In this document: one piece after another, positions 1 through 9,578 of the stretch
How the letters are laid out: each line of letters starts with the position of its first letter
How positions within the stretch are numbered: position 1 is the first letter of the stretch
Assembly (NCBI GenBank): GCA_027623195.1
Contig: JAQBUT010000005.1
Location: forward strand, 31,464-95,463
Reading direction: 5' to 3'
From: Chloroflexota bacterium
GTDB taxonomy: Bacteria > Chloroflexota > Dehalococcoidia > Lucifugimonadales > JADFKI01
DNA length: 64,000 nucleotides
Program-made: the position numbers and the translations under genes
Notes under the pieces: generated by a model
Told to the model about the DNA's origin: nothing
Seen by the model: only the letters and a program-made list of their open reading frames with translations
The model's database searches: none

Positions 1-282
1 GTTCCTCCGAATCAACAGGGGGTACTCAAAATGTCGGCATATCTGAGCTTCGAACTGCCCCAATTAAATGGGCACAGACATGGCTCAGCTGCCGAATAAT
101 TCAGTTTCGTTAACAAATGTATCAACGTAGCTATCCAACCCCAAGAGTGGCGACTCGCAACGGACTGTGGCGAAATCCACTGATGTCTATTGCGGATATG
201 GCGTAATGCCCAAACAGTACTCTGCTTATGCGAAGCTCTTCGGGGCCAATTCCAAAGTAACCCGACTGGCGGTATTAGGAAC

Positions 283-313
283 AAAAAAAGGGACGGACCA
301 ATGATCCGTCCCT
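283..313 (-). terminator. Rho-independent terminator after the ABC permease operon
   Basis: Stem AGGGACGGA / TCCGTCCCT (289-297 / 305-313) with 7-nt loop. A7 run at 283-289 becomes a U-tract on the minus strand, about 40 nt downstream of the permease stop. Confidence 0.6.
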
Positions 314-354
314 TAGAAATATGTTATCCGTTCTATCGTAGTGCGCTAAGTGGT

Positions 355-1320
355 CTACCTTGTTCGAGGGTTCAAAACATCATTTAAGGCGTCGCCAAGT
401 AAATTCCATGCGAATACCAGCAGCAGAGCGACGATGCCGGGCGCTAGCAACATCCATGGCACCTCTCGAAGGGCGCTGAGGCTGCCTCCTTCTAAAAGCA
501 TCCTGCCCAGACTTGGCCGAGGCGGCTGAATGCCCAGTCCCAGCCAGCTAAGGATGATTTCCACGCCAATGAGAACGCCCATGCCCATTGTCACCGTCAC
601 GACAATAGGGCTTATGGCGTTGGGCAGTAGGTGAAGAAAGAGTATGCGCGGCGTAGACGCCCCCACAGCCTTAGCCGCCTCGACGTGCTGAGTCTCTCTC
701 AAGGTCAGGACCTGGGCCCGCACCAGCCGAGCCATACCCACCCAGTTGAACGCCACCAGCGCCAGGGAGATTACGAAATAGTCGGCTACCCCGGCTCGCA
801 CAAGTCCATCCAGGGAGGTATTGTCCTCCAATGCCCTCATCCAGTCCAAAACTCGCGGACGCAACGTAGCGGCCAGCAGAATAATCAAGAGAATGTCTGG
901 AAAGGACGCGAAAAGCTCGCCCGTACGCATGATCAAGGCATCTACACGTCTGCCGAAGTAACCTGAGACCAGGCCCAACGTGACGCCGATAACCAGCCCG
1001 CCCGTCGCCATGGACACAAACGTGATTATAGTTGTGTTCTGAATACCCCACAGAACCCTCGTGAATATGTCTCTGCCGGCGAAGTCCGTGCCGGCAATAT
1101 GCTCCATACTTGGGGCCTTTCGAATGGCGGTGTAGTCCTGCTCCGTGTAGTCGTACGGAGCAATTAGGGGAGCAAATATGCCCGCGCCGTAAACTACGAC
1201 CAGGATCACGATGGAGGCTACGGCTACTTTCTTACGAATTAGCCGGGAGCCGGCCCTGACCAAATGGCCCTTGCTCCCTTGCCTAGCCTCAAGATGCTCG
1301 ACAACCTCTGCTACAGCCAT
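355..1320 (-). CDS. ABC transporter permease, DppC/OppC-type (peptide/nickel family)
   Basis: 321-aa ORF with multiple hydrophobic spans. N-terminal IFAPLIAPYDY motif and binding-protein-dependent permease core (ALxxVGxSxxRILFxHLLPN) are typical of DppC/OppC. Confidence 0.85.
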   Translation of the reverse strand: MAVAEVVEHLEARQGSKGHLVRAGSRLIRKKVAVASIVILVVVYGAGIFAPLIAPYDYTEQDYTAIRKAPSMEHIAGTDFAGRDIFTRVLWGIQNTTIITFVSMATGGLVIGVTLGLVSGYFGRRVDALIMRTGELFASFPDILLIILLAATLRPRVLDWMRALEDNTSLDGLVRAGVADYFVISLALVAFNWVGMARLVRAQVLTLRETQHVEAAKAVGASTPRILFLHLLPNAISPIVVTVTMGMGVLIGVEIILSWLGLGIQPPRPSLGRMLLEGGSLSALREVPWMLLAPGIVALLLVFAWNLLGDALNDVLNPRTR

Positions 1321-1381
1321 GGAACGTCCCCCTGGCTCCAGGCAATTAATCGGGGCATGCCCAAGATCGCGATTACGTTCG

Positions 1382-2311
1382 TCACTGGTACCGTATCCTC
1401 GGGTCTATTACGGCGTAGGTGATATCCGCCAGGAGGTTAGCCAACACAAACGCTGCGGAGCCCAGAATAGTCATGGCCATTATTATGGGATAGTCTCTGG
1501 CGAAAACCGAGTCTATGGTGAACTGGCCCACACCAGGAATACCCAGAATGAACTCCACGATGAAGCTAGTGGTAAACATCCCTGCCAAGGCAAAGGAAAG
1601 AATCGTGACTATGGGAATCATGGCGTTTTTCAGAATGTGCCTGGAATCCACGGTGAAACTGGAGAGACCCTTGGCCTTTGCCGTCCGGATGAAGTCCTGA
1701 CCCATGACATCCAGAGTGCTGGCGCGCATTAAACGTGCCAGGCCAGCTATCCCTGGTACCCCCAGAGTTATGGCAGGTACGATGATCCTTAGGTCGAATA
1801 TCCCTCCCCATCCTGAACAAGGCACCACGCTCCATTTAAGGCAAAGCAGCCACAGCGCGGCAGGGATGGTCACCATTATGGGAATAGACATTAGAAACAA
1901 GATTAAGGCAACTGAAGCAGGATCCATCCATCGCCCCTGTTTATGAGCCACCCAAAATCCCAACGGCAGCCCGAATCCCAAGCTGACTATCATAGCTGCC
2001 AGGTTAACCTGAAATGAGATCAGGAACTTTGGAAAGAGGAGCGATGAGACGGAACGACCTCGATGGCGGTAGCTCTCTCCGAAATCGCCTTGCACTACGC
2101 CCCACATATACTCGCGATACTGAACGTCGAAGCGCTTATCCAGCCCTAGCTGGGTCCTGATATTCTTGGCGGCCAACTCGTCGTAGCGCACGCCTAGAAT
2201 AACCTCGACCGGGTCGCCGGGACCAAACCGGCCAAGGGTGAAGGTGATTAGCGATGCCGCTATCATTATCACCGGCAGCCAAAGCAGCCTACGAGTTATG
2301 TAAATCCACAT
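1382..2311 (-). CDS. ABC transporter permease, DppB/OppB-type
   Basis: 309-aa ORF. N-terminus MWIYITRRLLWLPVIM...GPGDPV and C-terminus DPRIRYQ are hallmark DppB/OppB features. Adjacent to and co-oriented with the DppC-like gene. Confidence 0.85.
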   Translation of the reverse strand: MWIYITRRLLWLPVIMIAASLITFTLGRFGPGDPVEVILGVRYDELAAKNIRTQLGLDKRFDVQYREYMWGVVQGDFGESYRHRGRSVSSLLFPKFLISFQVNLAAMIVSLGFGLPLGFWVAHKQGRWMDPASVALILFLMSIPIMVTIPAALWLLCLKWSVVPCSGWGGIFDLRIIVPAITLGVPGIAGLARLMRASTLDVMGQDFIRTAKAKGLSSFTVDSRHILKNAMIPIVTILSFALAGMFTTSFIVEFILGIPGVGQFTIDSVFARDYPIIMAMTILGSAAFVLANLLADITYAVIDPRIRYQ

Positions 2312-2503
2312 TTCGCGTCCCCATGCCGGATGGCTTGCGTTAGCTGAAGAATTCGGTCATCCACGCAGCCCCTCCATGCATCCTGTTTGCTATGTTTGCA
2401 CGAGGTCTGATTCGCTTTCAAGGGCATTGTCCCGCTTCATATGTGCCATCAGCGAGTTGAAAATGCTCTCCCTCATTTCACTGGGGGAGAGCATTTCTGG
2501 ATT

Positions 2504-4213
2504 CTAGTTGCCTTCGATGTAGATATGCCGCAGCTTCGGCACCGTCATGGGAGTTAGAGCGTAGCCCTTTACGTAGGATTTTAGGAGCAGGTGGCGCTCT
2601 CCCGTATACCAGAGCGGAACCCAGGCTGCATCTTGTACGATTATCTCTTCCGCCTGGTTGTAAAGCCGAACGCGCTTGCCGGGGTCAATTTCCACACGCG
2701 CCTGCTCCAGTAGGGTATCCACCGCAGGGTTGGAATACCCTCCGTGGTTCGTCTCGCTTTCAGAGTGGAATAGAATGTCTAAGAAGTCCTGTGGGTCCGG
2801 GTAGTCGGCCTGCCATGCAAGTCCGGCAAAACCCTGGAATTTTTTACGGTTCAGGTCCTGCAAGTAGGTAGCCCACTCGACTTGCTGAATCTCAACCTCC
2901 ACACCCAGCGTCTGCCGCCACATCTCAAGTATCACCTCAAGATCGAGGCCTATGTTTCCGCCGCTACCAGGGACCGTGATTACGATACGGGGCCGGGTAT
3001 CTGGATCCGCATATGCAGACTCCGCGAGGAGCTGCTTTGCCCGCGCTTCATCGAATTCTAGCCCAACAAGATTGGGGTTATAACCAGGGAATCCAGGAGG
3101 CAATATGCCATATGCTGGCACCCGCAGGCCCGCCAGGACCTCCTCGGCTATTAATTCCTTGTCTATGGCGTAGTTAAGAGCTTGCCGGAATTTAATATCA
3201 TCAAAGGGAGCTTCCAGTGGATTCAGGCCTATGTAGGAGACGCTGAAGCCCGGGGGTGAAACATGCAGGTCCTTGCTAAGAGGCTCATTAGGGTCGCGCA
3301 GCCGCTCCAGGTCGAACAGGCCAACGCCTGTAAAATCGATCTCGTCGTTTTCATACATGGCCATGGCCTGTCCGCCAGCCAAGTTCATATCCACCCTGTC
3401 GAGCTTGGCAGGCTCCAGGTAGAAATCCGCAAATCTGTCCAGGATAATTCGCTCGCCTACCTTGTACTCCCTAAGAATGAATGGCCCTGTTCCATTGGGA
3501 GCGTCTGTCCAGCTAGGATCAGACTCCGTCTGGTTCTTGTCCACTACGAAGGCGGTAGGGTAGGTAAGCTTTGCCAGGAAGTACGCTTTAGGCGCATCAA
3601 TTGTAATCTGAAGGGTCTTCTCATCTATGGCCTTTACCCCGGTTACCCGCTCGGCTTTGCCTTCCAGCACATCGCGGACGCCCACTATATCGCCAATGTA
3701 TGTATCCGCGGTTGGTGACGCCGTACTGGGGCTTGCAGCCCTATTAATGGAGTAAACGAAGTCCTCTGCTGTAACAGACCGACCATCATGGAATTTGGCC
3801 TTCGGCCTTATATGAAACGTGTAAACGGTACCATCTCCATTGATGTCCCAGCTTTCGGCGATGTCCGGAGCCAGGCGAAGGTCAGTGTCTATGGTGATCA
3901 GGCCACTGAAAACCTCAACCACAACTCCGGCAGAGGTTGTATCTGATGTCAGGTGTGGGTCCAGAGTGGGAGGGTCCGACCAGAGCCTTCTGAACACGCC
4001 TCCGGAGTTCCCAGTATTAGCGGACGTCGTTCCCTGAGAAGACGACGTAGGCGCGACTGGCACCGATGATTCAATCGATTCAGGTGTGGCGGTCTCGCTT
4101 GTCTGGGCCGCAGCAGAAGCATCCACATCGGTATCACCCGGCGCAATTGCTTCGCCGCATGCCACCGCCAAAAGTACAACCACGAACAGTGGAAGTAGGA
4201 AAAGCTTACGCAT
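2504..4213 (-). CDS. ABC transporter substrate-binding protein, family 5 (peptide/nickel), probable lipoprotein
   Basis: Signal peptide ending LLAVAC-G, then a Ser/Thr/Ala-rich linker and a family-5 SBP body. ATG at 4213 has AGGTGA 8 nt upstream. The ORF track starts at a GTG at 4225. Confidence 0.85.
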   Translation of the reverse strand: MRKLFLLPLFVVVLLAVACGEAIAPGDTDVDASAAAQTSETATPESIESSVPVAPTSSSQGTTSANTGNSGGVFRRLWSDPPTLDPHLTSDTTSAGVVVEVFSGLITIDTDLRLAPDIAESWDINGDGTVYTFHIRPKAKFHDGRSVTAEDFVYSINRAASPSTASPTADTYIGDIVGVRDVLEGKAERVTGVKAIDEKTLQITIDAPKAYFLAKLTYPTAFVVDKNQTESDPSWTDAPNGTGPFILREYKVGERIILDRFADFYLEPAKLDRVDMNLAGGQAMAMYENDEIDFTGVGLFDLERLRDPNEPLSKDLHVSPPGFSVSYIGLNPLEAPFDDIKFRQALNYAIDKELIAEEVLAGLRVPAYGILPPGFPGYNPNLVGLEFDEARAKQLLAESAYADPDTRPRIVITVPGSGGNIGLDLEVILEMWRQTLGVEVEIQQVEWATYLQDLNRKKFQGFAGLAWQADYPDPQDFLDILFHSESETNHGGYSNPAVDTLLEQARVEIDPGKRVRLYNQAEEIIVQDAAWVPLWYTGERHLLLKSYVKGYALTPMTVPKLRHIYIEGN

Positions 4214-4411
4214 GATAAGAGTCACCTACGTTTCCAGTTTTTGCTTTAGGCAAATTACGTCTCCCTTTTGATGCCCATATACCCCTACGAGATGGCACCA
4301 AACATTTTTGTAATTTCAGGCAAAGATTCAACCGGGCAAATTCATCGCAACTACAAGCCATTCTAGATGTCTGGTCGAATGTACGACATATTGATTCTCT
4401 TCTTAACTAAA

Positions 4412-5513
4412 CTAATCAGAGCCCACCGTAGACGTAAGGTAGGCCCTCATGAAGTCATCCAGGTCGCCATCCAGGACGCCATCAGCGTCTGAAGTCTCAA
4501 AGTTAGTGCGGTGGTCCTTGACCATCCTGTAGGGCTGAAGCACGTAACTCCGTATCTGGTTGCCCCACTCAGGCGAAATGTGGTCGCCCTTGATCTTCGC
4601 CATAGCCTTGGCCTTTTCTGCCAACTCCCTCTCCACCAGTCTGCCCATAAGGATCCGCATAGCGAATTCCTTATTCTGGTGCTGGGAGCGTTCATTCTGG
4701 CAGCTAACCTTGATGCCCGTGGGCAGGTGAGTTATACGCACGGCAGTAGAGTTCTTCTGAACGCTCTGCCCTCCGGCGCCGCCCGCCCTGAATACATCTA
4801 TCTTCAGGTCGTCGGAGTTAATAACGAGGTCCGTTCCCTCCTCCACCTCAGGCATCACCTCTATCAAGGCAAATGAGGTATGGCGGGCATGATCAGAGTC
4901 GAAGGGGGACAGCCTTACCAGGCGGTGAACTCCCCTTTCGGCCTGCAGATATCCATAGGCGAACTGGCCTGATATTTGAACGATAGCGCTCTTGATCCCA
5001 GCCTCTTCACCTACTGAGACTTCCAGTAATTCGCCCTTGAAGCCACGTCTCTCAGCCCAACGCATGTACATCCTCACCAACATGCTGGCCCAGTCTTGAG
5101 ATTCGACACCGCCAGCTCCCGCGTGAATGGCCATAATGACATTCCGCTCGTCGTAGGGACCAGAAAGCACCAGCTTGAACTCAAGCTCAGCCAGTCTTTC
5201 TTGTACCTCCACCAACTCTTGAGAAAAGCTTTCCAGAAGGGAGTTATCCTTCTCTTCGATGGATAGAGTTAGCAACTCATGCAGGGAAGAGGCTTTATCA
5301 TCCAGGCTCCTCCAGGATTCCACCTCTTCCTTTAACCCCGAGAGCCTTCTCATCTTGTGCTGTGCCTTCGCTGACAATTCCCAGAATGAGGGCTCAGAGG
5401 CCTCTTTTTCCAGAGCCTCTATCTCTTTTTCCTTAGAAGGAAGGTCAAAGACGCACCATAAAACCGGCTATCTGGTCTCTGACTTCAGATGTCGGCCCCT
5501 TTATCTCCTGCAT
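4412..5513 (-). CDS. prfB: Peptide chain release factor 2, with programmed +1 frameshift
   Basis: SPF tripeptide (RLSPFD) and GGQ (GGAGGQ) are present. A 22-codon frame-0 leader (MQEIKGPTSEVRDQIAGFMVRL) ends at CTT TGA C (5450-5444). The +1 frame continues DLPSKEKEIEALEKE... into the 321-aa ORF, about 366 aa in total. GAGGGGG SD lies upstream of the ATG at 5513. Confidence 0.9.
5444..5450 (-). promoter_or_regulatory. RF2 autoregulatory +1 frameshift site CTT TGA C
   Basis: The minus strand reads ...ATG GTG CGT CTT TGA CCT TCC... The in-frame TGA is followed by C, and the +1 frame is open down to 4412. Confidence 0.85.
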
Positions 5514-5811
5514 GTGTATACGGCCCCCTCGTTAATGCGGATTTGATCAGATCAAAAAAAAGTTCGCTGGTTGTTGTAGAACGGACAGTCAGCGAAGTAC
5601 GAAACAGTGTACCTTACAGCCAATAATTTTCAGAAAAAACCGCCCTTTGGCTCTACTGACCAACAACATATAAAATTATAGCAAGGAGGGCGTTCGTCTG
5701 ATAGTCGGTTGTCACCCATATTGAGTGTATTTGGCGTGTTGGCGCACAGCGTTCGACGGTGTACAATCGGAGCCGAATTCACGCGGTTTAGGCGGTTGTG
5801 GCGGTACCCAT

Positions 5812-6669
5812 ATGACAGACATCCCAGACATTAAAATCGACTTACTCATCCAGCGTTATAGCGTACTTTTATTCGACTCATACGGCGTGCTCGCGGGCTC
5901 CACAGGAACATTCCCAGGCGCAGTAGAGTTAATAAGTCATCTCAACGAAATAAATAAGCCCTATTTCATCCTTACAAATGACGCCTCGGCGCTGCCGGAT
6001 ACCCGTTCTCAAAAATACGGGGCATTCGGCCTAATGGTTAACCCGGACAGAATCATAACCTCGGGGTCACTTCTGAAGAGCTATTTCAAGGTGGCTGGTC
6101 TAGAAGGTTCCAGATGCGTCGTGCTGGGTACGGAGGACAGCGCCAGGTACGCCGAAGAAGCAGGCGCCGTTGTTGTTGGTCCCCAGGATCAGTTCGATAC
6201 GGTGGTCATAGGCGATCAGGCAGGGTTTCCTTTCGTTGAAACGGTGGATACCGTAATGACCTCGCTGTTCAGAAGGCTGGATAAGAACGAGCACACCAAC
6301 CTCGTCATGCCCAACCCTGATCTTATTTACCCAGAGGGCGACGGCTTTGGCATGGCCAGCGCCAGCGTCGCGCTGATATTGGAGGCCGCCCTGAATCTGC
6401 GATATCCCGACAGGCCGGAGCTAAGATTCACGCGGTTAGGCAAGCCACACCCCGCCATATATGAAGAGGCCCATCGCCGCGCTGGCGCACCAAACAATGA
6501 GAGCATGGTCATGGTAGGCGATCAGTTGGAGACGGATATTAAGGGTGCTATCGATTTTGGAATCGACTCGGTGCTGGTTAACACGGGCATCACAAACGTG
6601 GAGGCCCGAAACATACCAGACGCGCTGAGGCCGACTTATCGAATGCAAAGTCTTACGCCTGGCACTTGA
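5812..6669 (+). CDS. HAD-superfamily hydrolase, subfamily IIA (NagD/CECR5-like)
   Basis: LLFDSYGVL (DxxGV motif I), ILTND and C-terminal MVGDQLETDI motifs. ATG at 5812 is preferred over the GTG at 5725, whose extension is Gly/Cys-rich and implausible. Confidence 0.7.
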   Translation: MTDIPDIKIDLLIQRYSVLLFDSYGVLAGSTGTFPGAVELISHLNEINKPYFILTNDASALPDTRSQKYGAFGLMVNPDRIITSGSLLKSYFKVAGLEGSRCVVLGTEDSARYAEEAGAVVVGPQDQFDTVVIGDQAGFPFVETVDTVMTSLFRRLDKNEHTNLVMPNPDLIYPEGDGFGMASASVALILEAALNLRYPDRPELRFTRLGKPHPAIYEEAHRRAGAPNNESMVMVGDQLETDIKGAIDFGIDSVLVNTGITNVEARNIPDALRPTYRMQSLTPGT

Positions 6670-6744
6670 GCCCGCCCACAGCACGCTTATTTCAAAAAAC
6701 CATCCAATCGTATTTGCCATGGACGCCACGGAGGAGTCTAAAAA

Positions 6745-8313
6745 ATGTTGGATATTCTTATCAAGAACGGCCTGATAATCGACGGCACCGGCAATCCGGG
6801 TTACTACGGCGCGGTGGGGGTCCAGGACAACGTGGTGAGCGTAATTCGTGGCTCGCTGGACAGCGTTGAGGCAAGTCGAGTTATTGATGCCACAGACCAT
6901 GTGGTCTGCCCAGGCTTCATAGACATGCACTCCCACGCAGGGCTGGTCATCTTGTCCGAGCCGGAGCATCACCCCAAGGTGCGACAGGGCATCACGACAG
7001 AGCTTATCGGCGTTGACGGCAACTCCTACGCACCATTCCGCTCCCACGACGATTTTCTGGCCTTCGTTGAGGTAAATTCGGGTCTGGATGGGAACCCGCC
7101 GCTGCCCGGACAGTGGTCCACGGTGGAGCAGTACCTGGAGATGTTCGACCGCAAGACGGCTGTGAATATCGCATACATCCTGGGCAACTCGCCTGTGCGC
7201 ATTAACGCCATGGGATGGGAAGACAAGTCGGCCACGGCATCAGACCTGGCCAACATGAAGGCGATAATCAGAGAGGCCATGGAGGAGGGCGCATTCGGTC
7301 TCTCCACGGGCCTGGAGTACCCGCCGGGCAACTACGCCGACACCGACGAACTGGTAGAGCTATCCAAATACGTCGCCGACCTGGGCGGTTTTTACCACAC
7401 CCACGTGCGCTACAAGGATGGCGACCGCTTCCTGGACCCATTCAATGAGGCCCTTGAGATCGGGACGCGGAGCGGCATACCTGTGCATATCACGCACTTC
7501 TTCCAGTCGGTCCCTATCCGCGGCGGAGGACGCCGGATGCTTCAGCTAGTGGAGGACGCGTCAGCCTCCGGTCAGGACGTTACCTTCGACAGCTACCCAT
7601 ACATCCTGGGAAGCACCCGCATCACCATTGTGTTCCCTGACTGGACCCACGACGGCGGCCCGGCCAAGCTTAAAGCGGTCATGCGCTCCGAAGACGGACG
7701 AGCCCGCCTCCGCCAAGAGGTCGTAGCTCGGGCGGCGTCGTGGAGCGACATGTGGCTAACGTACTTTAAACAGCCGCAGAACCACCAGTACGAGGGCCTG
7801 TCCGTTGCCGAGATATCCAGCATGCGCAACCAGCACCCGGTCGACGCCCTTTGCGATTTGCTGCTGGAGGAGGACTTGCAGACCTGTTACGTAGCGGCAG
7901 GGTCCAACGGCAACACCCTACCCGCCTTTGTAACCCACCCGCTTTCTATGGTTGGCAGCGACGCCGTGCTGGTTGGCGACTTTCCAAGTCCCCGTACCTA
8001 CGGCTGCTTCCCAGTGATCCTGGCGGAGTACGTGAGAGAAGAGCAGCAGATGTCCCTGCCCAACGCCATTCGCAAGATGACGTCGTTTCCGGCGCAGCGC
8101 CTGGGAATCCACGACCGTGGGATCTTGCGGAACGGCATGAAGGCCGACATAACGGTTTTCCACCCCAAGAACGTGCATACCCCGGCCACGCGAGCCAACC
8201 CCAAGCAGTTCCCCATCGGCATAGAGTACGTTATCGTAAACGGCACCATTGTCATCGACGGCGGCGAGCACACGGGGGTGCTACCAGGCCACGCGCTGAA
8301 GCATCGGGCGTAG
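6745..8313 (+). CDS. N-acyl-D-amino-acid deacylase family amidohydrolase
   Basis: 522 aa. N-terminus MLDILIKNGLIIDGTGNP, metal-binding DMHSHAG, and overall D-aminoacylase-like length and organisation. Confidence 0.8.
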   Translation: MLDILIKNGLIIDGTGNPGYYGAVGVQDNVVSVIRGSLDSVEASRVIDATDHVVCPGFIDMHSHAGLVILSEPEHHPKVRQGITTELIGVDGNSYAPFRSHDDFLAFVEVNSGLDGNPPLPGQWSTVEQYLEMFDRKTAVNIAYILGNSPVRINAMGWEDKSATASDLANMKAIIREAMEEGAFGLSTGLEYPPGNYADTDELVELSKYVADLGGFYHTHVRYKDGDRFLDPFNEALEIGTRSGIPVHITHFFQSVPIRGGGRRMLQLVEDASASGQDVTFDSYPYILGSTRITIVFPDWTHDGGPAKLKAVMRSEDGRARLRQEVVARAASWSDMWLTYFKQPQNHQYEGLSVAEISSMRNQHPVDALCDLLLEEDLQTCYVAAGSNGNTLPAFVTHPLSMVGSDAVLVGDFPSPRTYGCFPVILAEYVREEQQMSLPNAIRKMTSFPAQRLGIHDRGILRNGMKADITVFHPKNVHTPATRANPKQFPIGIEYVIVNGTIVIDGGEHTGVLPGHALKHRA

Positions 8314-8319
8314 GTTAAG

Positions 8320-9450
8320 TCACGTTTGAATATTTAGAAAACTTCGAAACTCGGGACTTGCGACATAATCATTGAAACCATATGGGTACAGTTCGTGGAA
8401 TGGCGGAGGCACTCCAACTCCAATGGATCGAACTCCTCGTTGAAACCGCGAATACGCATCGCCGGTCGCACTTTCGCCTTTGCCAACTACCCGTACGAAG
8501 GACACTGCTGTCGGATGCAAAGTGGAATCAAGAAGCCCTAACAGGTCGTCATCCATCCCACTTGTACCCACTATATGAAATTTATGGCAGCTCTTCAAAA
8601 ACGAAGTCGCTGATGCCACGTGGGCGTCAGGTGCCACAATATCCGTTAAGCCTTTGCCCGCCAGCGGAGCCGTCAGCACAGGATAATACCTGCTGCCGTG
8701 TTGCAATAATCCTGCGACGGATTCGACGTTGTTTTGGATCAAAATGTTTTCTACAGACGTCCTGACTAATGGGTCGAAATCCATTACGACGTCGTTCCAG
8801 GTTCTCTTGTCTCCATTTATCATCTTTTTGAACCAGTTTACCGACCCATGCAGTTTGAGTATCGTCGCTCCACGAATCGGATTGATATAAGCATCCATTG
8901 AATTGAATACGAGATCGGCGTTACGGTCGTAATTGGTAAGTGCCGTTTCTAACAACGTGTCGTAATTAAGTACCAGGAATAGAACATCATGGGGAACTTC
9001 GGCCATCAATTCAGAGATCAGAACCTCGTAATTGCTTGGGGAATGAACGTAACTCGTGCTCGCGAGATGAATAAGGTCTCTTTGGTAACCAGGTACCTAC
9101 TTGAAGTTCTCGCGTGTTTGCGGGTTGCTGTGCTCGGACAATCTTCGTAATTCACTTTCCAGGCTAAATTCGCCTGACGACGATAATTTGAAAGCTAGAC
9201 CTTGGGCGATAAATGCGGCCCCTGGGTACCTCTATAGTACGTCCCAGTAATGACTTTTAAGGTGGATGTCTTGAAAGAGATCACGTGCCAATGGTGGCTG
9301 AAAGTTGTTGCTTCTCAGCGGCGCACCCGGCCCTGCCACGTCATGAGATGCGCCAGCTCCCAATATCACACATATCTTCGGTAAATCAGGCGTTTCAACA
9401 ACCATATGGTATTCCCCCCCTGCATGAAGGCAGTCTCCAATTCGTCCCAT
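8320..9450 (-). pseudogene. SIR2-like (SIR2_2 family) protein gene interrupted by two in-frame TAG codons
   Basis: One reading frame runs from 9450 to 8320 (9450, 9099 and 9009 are all congruent mod 3). It holds ILGAGAS, NYDTLLE, KLHGSVNW and VGTSGMDDD motifs. In-frame TAG at 9232-9234 and 9097-9099, with an open and plausible intervening 44-codon segment. Confidence 0.65.
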
Positions 9451-9578
9451 GGTGGGTTATAGGTAATTCTTGTTGAAGGAGCAATTTTAGTCAATCCGGC
9501 CGTTGACCACTCCCAAGGCATGCCTTAATCTGAAAACAGGTTAAGTCTGGCATATGAAGCTTCGGGAGGCAGGCCAAG

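Noticed and set aside
1-282. Possible gene end or ncRNA in the first 280 nt (ORF 12-284 minus; a plus-strand frame open from the window edge to about 99).
   Set aside because: Neither translation resembles a known family and the fragments are too short to evaluate. Only the terminator at 283-313 is supportable.
9091-9234. GGTACC (KpnI) palindromes directly after both SIR2 amber codons as evidence of engineering or a recombination signal.
   Set aside because: Two occurrences of a 6-mer are too few to separate from chance. No other vector-like or cassette sequence is present. Reported only as a context note in the SIR2 finding.
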